From contig CAVQDV010000002.1 of NCBI GenBank assembly GCA_963711375.1, positions 12,649 to 76,648 of the forward strand: 64,000 bases of DNA, given 5' to 3'. The position numbers and the translations under genes were made by a program. Below are positions 37,859-50,642 of this stretch, one piece after another. The DNA comes from an uncultured Gammaproteobacteria bacterium. Lineage in GTDB: Bacteria; Pseudomonadota; Gammaproteobacteria; Coxiellales; Coxiellaceae. Every line of letters begins with the position of its first letter. Position 1 is the first letter of the stretch. The notes beneath the pieces are model-generated. The model made no database searches, was not told the DNA's origin, and worked only from the letters and a program-made list of their open reading frames with translations.

Positions 37859-39620
37859 GTTGGAGCCATTTAGAAATGTCCTCCTCTTAGCCACTTAGAA
37901 ATGTCCTCTTGAGGCAGGTCATCGCCCATTCTACGACACTTAGTTTTTGGGAGCAAAACTACGTGTTTCCAATGCAAATGAGCCTCAAAATCCTGTTTTG
38001 GGCTCTGGACCTTCTTCCTCAAAAAAATATTTATACTGTTGCTGTATTTAAATGGGCCGTCTGTGGGCGAAGGGAGGGCAAGCTGGTGATAACCTCGTGG
38101 AGAATGTATTCCATTATCCATCAGGTTATCACTGGCTTGTCCTCGCTTCGTCCACAGACACCTTTTTCTTACGAAATTGAATACTTCAATAAGAGCCTGG
38201 CTTGAGGTAAATTTTTAGATGCTGGGATTTTATTTACCACCAGACTTCGCCACGGATGCGATGCACTGGGTTTTCTGGATTTATTCGCATTTATATTTTT
38301 GTCGAAAATCGCATTCAGCTCTTTTTCATCAACCACTTTTGGCCTTTTTTCGTTTCTACTAAATTCTTTGTATTCCAATTTTTCATTTTTATAGAGAATA
38401 TCAATTTTGCTATCGAGTGCTTTGCAAACCGTAATAGTCGCTTGCTGAAGTCTTCGTCCTTTTCCTTGGTTTTGAATTTGATAAATTTTTCCATTGAAAG
38501 AAATTTCTAAATTCTTCGTGACTTTCCTTTCTTCTTGCTCGCTCAGAATATAATTTAATTCTTCTGGAGTTCGGGTATTTGGACTAAATAAGCTTTGCTT
38601 TTCTCTCGCTGCTTGTGCAAAGCGTTGATTGTGCTTTTTCCTGTATTTTTCTTCTAGAAATTTATTTGCAGCATCAATGTCACTGATATTTTCTAAACGT
38701 AATTCCTTCGTCAGTCGATCCTGTAGGGTTTTATTGGCACGTTCTACTCGACCTTTTGCTTGTGGCGAGCGCGCGTTAATAAGATCTATCCTCAATTCTT
38801 CACAGGCGCGTCCAAACTGCGTTTGCGCTTCTGGATCATCGCATTGATTCACTCGAAATATTCCGTGGCGATCACTATAAAAACCCAACGGGATTCCGTA
38901 CTTTTCAATGGTATGCAAAAGACCCCGAAAATACGCGAAAGTCGTCTCCGTTTTTTCAAAGTGCAAATACAAAATTTCACTCGTGGCATCATCGATAAAA
39001 ACAATTAAGCAGCATTTTGGTCCTCGACTTTCGAACCAATCGTGCGGCGAGCCATCAATTTGAATTAATTCGCCAAAGCAAGCTCGTCGTTCTCTTTGTT
39101 GATGGATAGTTTTTATTTTTTGTCGGGCAGGCTTCCAATAACCTTCTTCAATTAGCAAAAGACGCAGAGTTTCTTTGCCAATTTTAATTTGATTTTTTTC
39201 CAATAATATCTCAGCCATGAAGGTTGGGCCAAACCCCAAATAAGCACTGGATGCTAGCCCAATTATTTGCGATCGCGTGGACTCCGGTATTCTGCGATTA
39301 CTCATCTTGCCTCGACCTTTATGGAGTAAACCTTTGCTTTCTTCCTGCCTATAGGCTTTGCATAGCCGCCTTATTTGGCGCGTACTCAAAGCCAATTTCT
39401 TCGCCGCTTGCGTTTGTTTTAGCGACCCTTCGCAGGTACCTTGAATCACCCTATCTCGTTCAATATCTTTTTGACTCATTAGCAATCGTCCCCCTGAGTT
39501 CATGTTCGGCCTCCTACCGTTTGCTACCTGAGAACTACGATAACATCGCTTCCACAAGTGGCTTTTTAAGGGGACATTTCTAAATGGCTGGAAGAGGACA
39601 TTTCTACTTGGCCGCTACAC
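37859..39620 (-). mobile_element. IS1202-group (ISNCY) insertion sequence, 1762 bp
   Basis: About 50-bp imperfect terminal IRs, each holding two TAGAAATGTCCYC repeats (37870-37910 and 39570-39610). A single rve-type transposase. 16-bp direct duplication of the flank. Confidence 0.7.
38169..39479 (-). CDS. rve-type DDE transposase (IS1202/ISNCY-like)
   Basis: N-terminal HTH (LKQTQAAKKLALSTRQIRRLCKAY). DDE contexts IQIDGSPHDW, FYSDRHGIF, GRVERANKTLQDRL. I prefer the ATG at 39479 (MSQKDIERD). Confidence 0.8.
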   Translation of the reverse strand: MSQKDIERDRVIQGTCEGSLKQTQAAKKLALSTRQIRRLCKAYRQEESKGLLHKGRGKMSNRRIPESTRSQIIGLASSAYLGFGPTFMAEILLEKNQIKIGKETLRLLLIEEGYWKPARQKIKTIHQQRERRACFGELIQIDGSPHDWFESRGPKCCLIVFIDDATSEILYLHFEKTETTFAYFRGLLHTIEKYGIPLGFYSDRHGIFRVNQCDDPEAQTQFGRACEELRIDLINARSPQAKGRVERANKTLQDRLTKELRLENISDIDAANKFLEEKYRKKHNQRFAQAAREKQSLFSPNTRTPEELNYILSEQEERKVTKNLEISFNGKIYQIQNQGKGRRLQQATITVCKALDSKIDILYKNEKLEYKEFSRNEKRPKVVDEKELNAIFDKNINANKSRKPSASHPWRSLVVNKIPASKNLPQARLLLKYSIS

Positions 39621-39636
39621 GCAAAATTGTCATACT
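39621..39636. repeat. 16-bp target-site duplication, right copy
   Basis: GCAAAATTGTCATACT, identical to 37843-37858. Confidence 0.7.
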
Positions 39637-39664
39637 TGACAATGACAATTATACAAACTAAATT
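39636..39664 (+). promoter_or_regulatory. Sigma70-like promoter of the thi operon
   Basis: TTGACA (39636-39641), 17-nt spacer, TAAATT (39659-39664). It lies just upstream of the riboswitch. Confidence 0.5.
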
Positions 39665-39671
39665 AGCTTAA

Positions 39672-42528
<2,857 letters not shown>

Positions 42529-42532
<4 letters not shown>

Positions 42533-42732
42533 TTTCAATAGAATTGAGCAATAAAATACTTGAAATCTCAAATCATTCCTCGCTATTGGAGCTTCTCGAG
42601 CAACAGGGATTGAGTCACAACGCTTATGCCGTGGCACTCAATGGGCGATTTATTCCGCTAGGGGATCATGGGAATACGATTTTGCAGCAGCATGATGTTA
42701 TTGAGATTGTTGTTCCGATGCAGGGGGGATAA
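42529..42732 (+). CDS. thiS: Sulfur-carrier protein ThiS
   Basis: 67 aa, ends in ...PMQGG. GTG start overlapping the thiO stop. Confidence 0.8.
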
Positions 42733-42735
42733 ACG

Positions 42736-43524
42736 ATGTGGACACTAGCAGACAAAAATATTAACAGTCGTTTCTTATTGGGGACTGCACAATATCCCTC
42801 CTTAGACATCCTGCGAAATTCTATTATTCACGCAGAAACGGATGTTATTACGCTTTCCCTGAAACGACAATCTCACCATGAAAAACGTGAAAATGTTTTT
42901 TGGAATGCTATAAAAAAATTAAACTGTCATCTGCTTCCGAACACGGCTGGTTGCCGCACAGCAGAGGAGGCCATCACCACCGCAGAAATGGCGCGTGAAA
43001 TATTTCAAACCACTTGGATTAAATTAGAAGTCATTGGCGATGAATATAACCTTCAACCGGATCCTATTGAATTAATAAAAGCCTCGAAAATTCTGTGTGA
43101 AAAAGGCTTTACTGTCTTTCCTTATTGCACCGACGATTTAGTCCTCTGCCAACGTTTACGGAATGTGGGCTGTAAAATATTAATGCCTTGGGCCTCACCG
43201 ATTGGATCCGGTATGGGCCCTATTAATTTGCATGCATTAGAAACACTGCGCCATCGTTTACCAGAAATCGTACTGATAATTGATGCCGGAATTGGAAAAC
43301 CCTCTCATGCCACTCAAGTGATGGAATTGGGTTATGACGCTGTTTTACTGAACAGCGCTGTTTCGCTGGCCCGTGATCCGGTTCAGATGGCCGGAGCCTT
43401 TCGTGATGGTATTCGTGCTGGCCGTGCCGCTTTTGAAGCCGGTATTATCCCGGAAAGAAATATGGCTCATCCTAGCACCACCTTATTAGACACTCCTTTT
43501 TGGCATCAAGAGAAAATAGTATGA
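42736..43524 (+). CDS. thiG: Thiazole synthase ThiG
   Basis: 262 aa. SRFLLGTAQYPS N-terminus and TIM-barrel pattern (KLEVIGD, LMPWASPIGSG, IIDAGIG). Confidence 0.9.
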   Translation: MWTLADKNINSRFLLGTAQYPSLDILRNSIIHAETDVITLSLKRQSHHEKRENVFWNAIKKLNCHLLPNTAGCRTAEEAITTAEMAREIFQTTWIKLEVIGDEYNLQPDPIELIKASKILCEKGFTVFPYCTDDLVLCQRLRNVGCKILMPWASPIGSGMGPINLHALETLRHRLPEIVLIIDAGIGKPSHATQVMELGYDAVLLNSAVSLARDPVQMAGAFRDGIRAGRAAFEAGIIPERNMAHPSTTLLDTPFWHQEKIV

Positions 43525-45020
43525 CAGCAAAAATCGCATGGACCATCGCAGGGTCAGATTCAGGAGGCTCAGCTGGCATCCAAAATGATGGGCTCACGTT
43601 TCATCATCTCGGCGTTCAGACCTGTTCGGTAATCAGTGCCATTACATCACAAAACATCGATGAAATTCGGAGTATTTTTTATTTGAATGCCGAAAGCATT
43701 GCCTCACAAATTCATGCACTCGCACAACAAATGCCACCAAATGCAATTAAAATTGGGATGCTGGGAAATGCTCCGGCTATCAATATTCTCAATAATTTTT
43801 TGGAATCGTATACGGGTTACATCGTGTTAGATCCTTTGCTAGCGTCTTCCTCCGGGTGTAACTTATTTGAAGGGGATCTCGAGGATTATTTATCTGAGCT
43901 CAGGAAATTATTTAAATTCGTGGATGTGTTGACTCCCAATCTTAGCGAAGCTGAGAAAATATCTGGGCATTTTATTCAGTCGCATGACGATATGAAAAAA
44001 GCGGCAGAAATTATTTTATCGCTGGGTGCTAAAAGTATTTTGATAAAAGGAGGGCATTTTCAAGGCGATAAATTCAGCCAAGATTATTGGACAAATGGTT
44101 CAGATCACTTTTGGCTTTCGAAAGAACGTCTGAAAAAAAAGAATTGTCGAGGAACGGGCTGCGCACTTTCTTCTGCCATTGCGGCGAGCTTAGCGTTGGA
44201 ATATGGTATCAAGGATTCCATAGTAATCGCGAAAATGTATGTTAACCGAGGAATTCGTTTGTCGCATTCTGGAAGTACATTCTCCGCACAGTTTTTTCAT
44301 GGTGGATGGCCAGAGGAACAACTAGATCTTCCCTACTTATCCCCGCATCCAATTAAAAATTCACCTCATCAATTTAATTCACTGACTCATAAATCCATCG
44401 GGCTTTATCCCATTGTGGACAGCCTTGAATGGCTAAAGAAATTATTAGCGCTTGGTGTAAAAACGTTGCAATTACGAGTAAAAAATAAATTAAGCAACGC
44501 GTTGGAACAGGACATTATTGAAAGTATTCGACTCGCGAAAGAATATCAGGCCATATTATTTATTAATGATTATTGGGAATTAGCCCTCAAACATGGTGCC
44601 TATGGCGTTCATTTAGGGCAGGGTGATTTGGTTCATGCAGATCTCAATAAAATTCGAGAAGCCGGTTTACGTTTAGGACTGAGTACGCACTGCTATTATG
44701 AAGTGGCCCGAGCCCATGCCTTAAATCCCTCCTATATAGCCTGCGGCCCTATTTTTTTCACCACAAGCAAAAAAATGCCATTTTTGCCACAAGGTGTTGA
44801 AAAACTCAGACGATGGCGACGAACATTAAATTACCCACTCGTGGCCATTGGTGGCATTAATTCGGAAAATTTGGATGAAATTCTCGAGACAAACGTCGAT
44901 GGTATCGCAATAATGTCGGCCATTACTCAACATAAACAAGCAAATGAGATTACAAAAAAATTCTTAAAACGGGTAAATGAGTCAATCTGTAAACAAAACG
45001 ATGAGCGCTTCATTGAATAA
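43521..45020 (+). CDS. thiDE: Bifunctional ThiD (HMP/HMP-P kinase) - ThiE (thiamine-phosphate synthase) fusion
   Basis: N-terminal IAGSDSGGSAGIQND... (ThiD). C-terminal LYPIVDS...LQLRVK...GPIFFTTSK (ThiE). ATGA overlap with thiG. Confidence 0.85.
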   Translation: MTAKIAWTIAGSDSGGSAGIQNDGLTFHHLGVQTCSVISAITSQNIDEIRSIFYLNAESIASQIHALAQQMPPNAIKIGMLGNAPAINILNNFLESYTGYIVLDPLLASSSGCNLFEGDLEDYLSELRKLFKFVDVLTPNLSEAEKISGHFIQSHDDMKKAAEIILSLGAKSILIKGGHFQGDKFSQDYWTNGSDHFWLSKERLKKKNCRGTGCALSSAIAASLALEYGIKDSIVIAKMYVNRGIRLSHSGSTFSAQFFHGGWPEEQLDLPYLSPHPIKNSPHQFNSLTHKSIGLYPIVDSLEWLKKLLALGVKTLQLRVKNKLSNALEQDIIESIRLAKEYQAILFINDYWELALKHGAYGVHLGQGDLVHADLNKIREAGLRLGLSTHCYYEVARAHALNPSYIACGPIFFTTSKKMPFLPQGVEKLRRWRRTLNYPLVAIGGINSENLDEILETNVDGIAIMSAITQHKQANEITKKFLKRVNESICKQNDERFIE

Positions 45021-45285
45021 CGCTTATTCTGAAAACCTATTCGCTTGGTAAAAACCATTTCTTTATTTTTCTCGATGGAAAATATTTCAAATATCATATT
45101 TTTATCGGGATTGTCTTGGAAGCAGACTTTTTTTGCAACTGGGCATGGCGCTTTTGGAAATCATCCTGAAATTGCTACCTACGATTGGCGTAAAATTTGC
45201 TGGAAGGACTGGAATACTGCAAAAATTAATGGTAATTTGTGACTACTCTGTAAGTAATATGCACAACAATATAAGGATTCAAATC

Positions 45286-46146
45286 ATGTTAAATCCTAGA
45301 GCCATTCGTTCGATTATGTTTACCCCCGCTTTACGACTGGATCGTTTTCACCAGATTTTTGGATCTTTTTCTGATTTATGTCTATTGGATTGTGAAGACT
45401 CTGTAAGTGTGGTTGATAAAGAAGAGGCCAGAAAAAATCTTTATGTATATTTAGAACAATCAAAAGTAGTCAATAAACCCATGGGAGTGCGAGTTAATGG
45501 GCTGAATACGGCTGATGGTAAGGCCGATATATTGGCTCTAAAAAATTGCAGAAACCTACCAGACTATATTGTTATTCCTAAAGTTGAGACCGGACGAGAT
45601 ATTATTTCTGTTGTGGATGAGTTGGATTGTCGTGCAAGAGGTACTCAAATTATCGCGTTAATAGAAAATATTAAAGGGGTACAAAATGTGGAAAAAATTG
45701 CAGCCGCTTCTCCTGATTTAGCGGCACTCATGTTTGGTGCTGCTGATTACACTCGAAGTATTGAAGGAGAGATTTGCTGGGACACGCTTCTGTTTCCTAG
45801 AACGATGATTATTCATGCCGCTTGCAACAATAATATTGGTGCGATCGACACGCCGTATTTTGATATGCAAGACCTCGACGGTCTCAGAAATGATTGTAAG
45901 CGTGTCAAGAACTTGGGATTTACAGGACGTTGTGTAATACATCCCTCTCAAGTTTCCGTTATTAATGAAATGTTTTCATATTCATCCTTGGATCTTGAAC
46001 AAGCAAAACGTATCGTAACGGCTGCGCGCTTAAATAAAGGCAATATTTGTCGCGTTGATGGAAAAATGGTAGGCACTGCTATTATTCAAAAAGCGTTTGA
46101 TGTTTTGAAAAGTCATGAATTGGCTGAGCTCAATCACAATAATTAA
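45286..46146 (+). CDS. CitE/HpcH-family CoA-ester lyase (citryl/malyl-CoA lyase-like), copy 1
   Basis: RSIMFTPA..., LLDCEDSV, IPKVETG, ALIENIKG, FGAADY and GRCVIHPSQV fit the CitE pattern. ATG at 45286 with an AAGGA RBS. Confidence 0.7.
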   Translation: MLNPRAIRSIMFTPALRLDRFHQIFGSFSDLCLLDCEDSVSVVDKEEARKNLYVYLEQSKVVNKPMGVRVNGLNTADGKADILALKNCRNLPDYIVIPKVETGRDIISVVDELDCRARGTQIIALIENIKGVQNVEKIAAASPDLAALMFGAADYTRSIEGEICWDTLLFPRTMIIHAACNNNIGAIDTPYFDMQDLDGLRNDCKRVKNLGFTGRCVIHPSQVSVINEMFSYSSLDLEQAKRIVTAARLNKGNICRVDGKMVGTAIIQKAFDVLKSHELAELNHNN

Positions 46147-46156
46147 GGACGATGAT

Positions 46157-47164
46157 ATGGGACAAATCACACAATCAATCATATACCAATCGCCTGGAGA
46201 AAACGGACAATTGCGTTCAATTCAGCATGAACTAGGCGATCTTCAAGATTCAGAGTTAATGATAAAAGTTTCTGCTGCTGGACTTAATAGAGCAGATCTT
46301 TTACAGAGACAGGGAATTTATAAAGTCCCTGCTGGAGAAACCGAAGTACCTGGAGTTGAGATTGTTGGTGTAGTGGTGGCAAGAGGCCTAGCCGCTAAAA
46401 ATATAAATCTGGGTAGTCGAGTCTGCGGTGTAGTCAGTGGCGGCGGATTTTCAGAATATTGCGCATTAGATAGTAGAATGGCGATCAATGTTCCTAAAAT
46501 ATGGTCTGATATTGAGGGTGCCGCTTTTCCAGAAGCCGCATTAACTGCGAATCAGGCATTAATTCATTTAGGAGAAGTAAAGTCTGGAGACCAAGTGGTG
46601 ATTCATGCTGCTTCAAGTGGCGTGGGAACGATGCTGGTAACGATGGGAAAAGCGCTCGGTGCGAAGATTATTTGTACAACAACGTCTCAAAACAAAGTAC
46701 AGCCACTCTATGACATAGGCGCAGATATTGTGATAGCTGGGAAAGGAGTGGATTTTGCCGAATCTGTTTTAGAAATAACAGAAGGGAGAGGTGCTGATGT
46801 TGTGATAGATTTTTTAGCAGGCCATTATTTTAATAACAATGTACTGGCGCTTAAGGCCGGTGGTAGATTGGTTATGGCGGGTATTCTTGATGATCATCAA
46901 AGTCACGTAAATTGGATTCCTCTAATTAATAAACGAATCAGTGTTCATCCCCTTTCTCTCAGGATGAAACCCTTATCTGAAAAACGATTGGTGACCTCTA
47001 ATTTTTTAAATCGATGGTGGGATGGCTGTGCTTATGGAAGACTTCGTCCGATTATTCACGCTCAGTTTTCTGTATCTGATTTAGATGTTGCTCTGAAACA
47101 AATGTTAAAAAATCAACACGTAGGTAAAATAGTGATTACTATGCAAAAAGAATGTAATTTCTAA
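46157..47164 (+). CDS. Quinone-oxidoreductase-like MDR (zinc-independent alcohol dehydrogenase superfamily)
   Basis: AAGLNRADLLQRQGIY, PGVEIVG, IHAASSGVGT. ATG at 46157 with an AAGGA RBS. Confidence 0.75.
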   Translation: MGQITQSIIYQSPGENGQLRSIQHELGDLQDSELMIKVSAAGLNRADLLQRQGIYKVPAGETEVPGVEIVGVVVARGLAAKNINLGSRVCGVVSGGGFSEYCALDSRMAINVPKIWSDIEGAAFPEAALTANQALIHLGEVKSGDQVVIHAASSGVGTMLVTMGKALGAKIICTTTSQNKVQPLYDIGADIVIAGKGVDFAESVLEITEGRGADVVIDFLAGHYFNNNVLALKAGGRLVMAGILDDHQSHVNWIPLINKRISVHPLSLRMKPLSEKRLVTSNFLNRWWDGCAYGRLRPIIHAQFSVSDLDVALKQMLKNQHVGKIVITMQKECNF

Positions 47165-47195
47165 ATATGAATTTTTAAAAGATAGGCCGTGTTTC

Positions 47196-48209
47196 ATGCA
47201 TCAATACAAACAATTTTTACTGGATAAATTACTTCTAAAAAGTAATAGCGCGATCAATATTATTCCCGTTTGTGACCATTATGCTGGCACTGAGCGCTCA
47301 ATACAAAAATCATTATTATTTCAGAATAAATTCGGGTCAGCTCTAGATCTTACTCTCGATTTTGAAGATGGGAGTGCTATGGGTGATGAAGAATATCAGC
47401 GTACGTTGATAAATGACACTTTAAACAACCAACATAATATTCATGGGCGAGTTGGCGTCCGTATTCATAGTGTAGAAACACTTCATTGGCAGCTAGATGT
47501 GGACGCCGTAATAACTAAAAAAGGAAATTTACCAGCCTTTATTAATATACCCAAGGTACAAAGAATTGAAGAAATTAAAAAGGTCGATTTTTATATTAAG
47601 CAAAGATTATCAACTCATGGTCGAAAGTCAAATATCCCGATTCATATCATGTTGGAGGATGCACCGGCTATCTCTCGAGCTCATGATTTAGTAAATTGTG
47701 GCATGGTGGAATGCTGCAGTTTTGGTTTGTTAGATTTTGTGAGTTCCTTCGGAGGAGCAATTCCTGCCAGTGCCATGCACAGCCCAGCTCAATTTGAACA
47801 TCCACTGGTAAGGGAAGCCAAAATTAAACTTGCTTTTGCTTGTCATGCAGCTGGTGTGATACCCTCTCATTCGATAACAGTCGATATCGGGGATCCAGAG
47901 CAGGCCTATCAGGATGCGCGCCGAGCTCGAGAAGAATTCGGGTATTTGAGAATGTGGAGTATTCACCCCTCTCAAATTGAGCCAATTATTAGTGCTTTTC
48001 AATATAGCCAAGAGGAACTTGAAGAAGCGATAGTAATTTTGGAGCAGGCTTTAAAAATAAATCTAGCGCCGATTCTGTTTAAAGGAAAAATGCATGATAG
48101 AGCATCATATCGTTTCTTTTGGATAAAAATTCGAAGAGCTTTATTAAATGAAGATGCATTTTCAAAGGAACTAGAACGGTTATTAGAAAAATTATTAATA
48201 TTAAATTAA
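47196..48209 (+). CDS. CitE/HpcH-family lyase-like protein, divergent copy 2
   Basis: LTLDFEDGSA, NIPKVQ, IMLEDAPA, LLDFVSS, MWSIHPSQIEPI. Confidence 0.55.
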   Translation: MHQYKQFLLDKLLLKSNSAINIIPVCDHYAGTERSIQKSLLFQNKFGSALDLTLDFEDGSAMGDEEYQRTLINDTLNNQHNIHGRVGVRIHSVETLHWQLDVDAVITKKGNLPAFINIPKVQRIEEIKKVDFYIKQRLSTHGRKSNIPIHIMLEDAPAISRAHDLVNCGMVECCSFGLLDFVSSFGGAIPASAMHSPAQFEHPLVREAKIKLAFACHAAGVIPSHSITVDIGDPEQAYQDARRAREEFGYLRMWSIHPSQIEPIISAFQYSQEELEEAIVILEQALKINLAPILFKGKMHDRASYRFFWIKIRRALLNEDAFSKELERLLEKLLILN

Positions 48210-48231
48210 TTATTGAAACACCGAATATGAA

Positions 48232-49851
48232 ATGAGTCAGATTATGAAAATGGAAAATATGACCTATATAACTACCCCAATTTATTATGTAAATGATGAT
48301 CCCCATATTGGACATATATATACTACAATCAGTGCAGATGTGTTAGCTCGGTTTTTTCGATTAATTGGCCAGACTACTTATCTATTAACGGGTACAGATG
48401 AACATGCTCTAAAAGTGGTTGAGGCCGCTAAAGCAAATGGTATGACGCCAACGGATTGGGCCCAAAGTAAGGCACTTGTTTTTGCAGAGGCGTTTAATCA
48501 GTATGGTATTCAATACACCGATTTTATCAGAACGAGTGACGAAAGGCATATTCAACAAGTTCAAAAAAGAGTGAAAGATTTTTTGGATTCCGGAGATATT
48601 TATTTTGGTAATTATGAGGGTTGGTATGATAAAGGCCAAGAAGAATATATCTCTGACCAGCGGGCAGAAGCTAATCATTATTTGTCGCCGATCAATAAAA
48701 AACCTTTGGTCCGACGCCAAGAATCATGCTTATATTTTAGGTTGTCAAAATATTCTGAGGATGTGAAAAATCTTATTTTAAATGACACTTTGAAAATTAG
48801 ACCAGTGTCACGCCGCCAGGAAATCTTAGCCAGGATTCGGGATGGTATTAATGACATTCCGTGTTCTAGACCTCGTGTTGAAAATTGGGGCGTTGCTGTT
48901 CCAGGCTACGAAGATCAAACGGTTTATGTTTGGATTGATGCCCTCCTTAATTATCTCACGGCAGTAGATTCAGATCTTAACAGAGAGTTTTGGCCACCAA
49001 AAATTCAAATTATAGGAAAAGACATTCTTTGGTTTCATGCACTTATTTGGCCAGCTATGTTGTTGGCTTTGCAAAAAATTCCCCATAAAAAAAATGAATG
49101 GATTGAGTTGCCTGAAATTATCAGAGCTCATGGATTTTGGATATGTGATGGGGAAAAAATGTCTAAAAGTCTTGGTAATTTTATTTCTCTATCCGTTTTA
49201 AACACTTATTCTGAAATCTATGGCCGAGATTCAATAAGATTTTTTCTGATGTTTGCAGGTCCAAATGAGGGCAGTGATGCTGATTTTAGCGAAGAACGAT
49301 TACATGAAACATATACTTCTTTACTGGCAAATACCCTTGGAAATTCTTGTTCACGCGTACTTGCCATGATTTCAAAATATTGCGAAGCCAAAATCCCGAA
49401 TGCTTTGGTGAAAAGTGATTTTCCTGTTGAGCAGGTCATGGAAGCGGTAAAAAGCGCTTGTACTTCCGCAACAGAAGGTGAGTTTCCGACATTAATAACG
49501 GAGGCTTTAAAAATTGTTAGATTAACGGATGCATTTATTCAAAACCGTCAACCCTTTCAGTTGATCAAAGATCCTTCTAAAGTTCTTGAAGTTCAAGCTA
49601 TTTTGCATGATTGTCTCGAAGCTCTTCGCTTAGCTTCAGTGCTTTTGTGGCCAATAATGCCTGAGCGTATGCAGAATTTTTGGAATGCTATTTCGTTTGA
49701 TAAAAAAATGGAAAGTTTAATGAATGGTGGCTTAGTGGAGTCTAAGGATATTTTGCAATGGGGACAGTTAGCGGTTGGGACTTCAGTAGCTAAATTAAAT
49801 GCCCTATTTCCTCGTATCGAATTGCCCAACGTGCTTAATGTTCAACGATAA
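48232..49851 (+). CDS. metG: Methionyl-tRNA synthetase, short knuckle-less form without a C-terminal appended domain
   Basis: TTPIYYVNDDPHIGHIYT (HIGH), GEKMSKSLGNF (KMSKS), anticodon-domain LANTLGNSCSRV. No CxxC pairs in the connective peptide. 539 aa. Confidence 0.85.
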   Translation: MSQIMKMENMTYITTPIYYVNDDPHIGHIYTTISADVLARFFRLIGQTTYLLTGTDEHALKVVEAAKANGMTPTDWAQSKALVFAEAFNQYGIQYTDFIRTSDERHIQQVQKRVKDFLDSGDIYFGNYEGWYDKGQEEYISDQRAEANHYLSPINKKPLVRRQESCLYFRLSKYSEDVKNLILNDTLKIRPVSRRQEILARIRDGINDIPCSRPRVENWGVAVPGYEDQTVYVWIDALLNYLTAVDSDLNREFWPPKIQIIGKDILWFHALIWPAMLLALQKIPHKKNEWIELPEIIRAHGFWICDGEKMSKSLGNFISLSVLNTYSEIYGRDSIRFFLMFAGPNEGSDADFSEERLHETYTSLLANTLGNSCSRVLAMISKYCEAKIPNALVKSDFPVEQVMEAVKSACTSATEGEFPTLITEALKIVRLTDAFIQNRQPFQLIKDPSKVLEVQAILHDCLEALRLASVLLWPIMPERMQNFWNAISFDKKMESLMNGGLVESKDILQWGQLAVGTSVAKLNALFPRIELPNVLNVQR

Positions 49852-49867
49852 TAAACTGGGGTACAGA

Positions 49868-50629
49868 ATGCGATTAAAAGGCAGTAACGTTTTTATAACC
49901 GGCGGTAGCAGCGGAATCGGCTTTGCTCTAGTAAAAGGTTTTCTTGAAGAAGGCGCGAATGTTGCGTTTACCTATCGAAAAGAAGATTCGCTTAAACGAT
50001 CTCATGTACAAGAGCTTTTAAATCAATACCCAGAGGTTTATCCTATACCCTCCGATTTTTCAAATTCTATAGATGCTGAAAACCTTCTCAATAATATGGC
50101 TGAGAAATTTGGGACTCCTATTAATGTGTTAATTAATAATGCCGCTGCATTTTCTCGAGCCACATTCCTTGAGACAACGAGAAACAGTTTAACAGAGATA
50201 CTCAATGTTAATCTCGTTACTCCTTTTGTTCTAATTTCAGCTTTCGCAAAAATGTTAATTGCCTCTAACCAACCGGGTAGTATTATCAATATATCTTCAC
50301 TTAGTGCGACGATGGCGAGAAGCAAAATGGCCGCTTATCAAGCCTCAAAAGCCGGGCTAGAAATGTTATCAACAAGTGCGGCCTATGAACTTGCACCCTA
50401 CAATATTCGTTCAAACATAATTGCCCCAGGTCTAACTGAAACTCCCGCTAATGAAGAGCAAAGAAAAACGAAAGCAGAAATCTGGGCAGAACGATCGGCT
50501 TTAATACCTTTAGGAAGAGCTGGGGTACCGCAGGATTTTATTGGTGCTGCAGTTTACCTTGCTTCTTTGGAAGCTCGTTGGGTTACTGGGGCAAAGATTA
50601 TTATTGACGGTGGGATGAGTTCCTTTTAA
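49868..50629 (+). CDS. Short-chain dehydrogenase/reductase (SDR)
   Basis: ITGGSSGIGFA, NNAA, YQASKAG. Confidence 0.85.
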   Translation: MRLKGSNVFITGGSSGIGFALVKGFLEEGANVAFTYRKEDSLKRSHVQELLNQYPEVYPIPSDFSNSIDAENLLNNMAEKFGTPINVLINNAAAFSRATFLETTRNSLTEILNVNLVTPFVLISAFAKMLIASNQPGSIINISSLSATMARSKMAAYQASKAGLEMLSTSAAYELAPYNIRSNIIAPGLTETPANEEQRKTKAEIWAERSALIPLGRAGVPQDFIGAAVYLASLEARWVTGAKIIIDGGMSSF

Positions 50630-50642
50630 TTCTTCAAAAAAA

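Noticed and set aside
37870-38205. ORFs 37870-38121 (-) and 37909-38205 (+) in the non-coding part of the IS1202-group element
   Set aside because: They overlap each other on opposite strands, extend into the terminal IR and have no motifs. They are more likely non-coding IS end sequence.
45045-45285. ORF 45045-45242 and the upstream extension (45133) of the first CitE-like gene
   Set aside because: The sequence is low-complexity and non-homologous. The conserved CitE N-terminus starts at the ATG at 45286, which has a good RBS.
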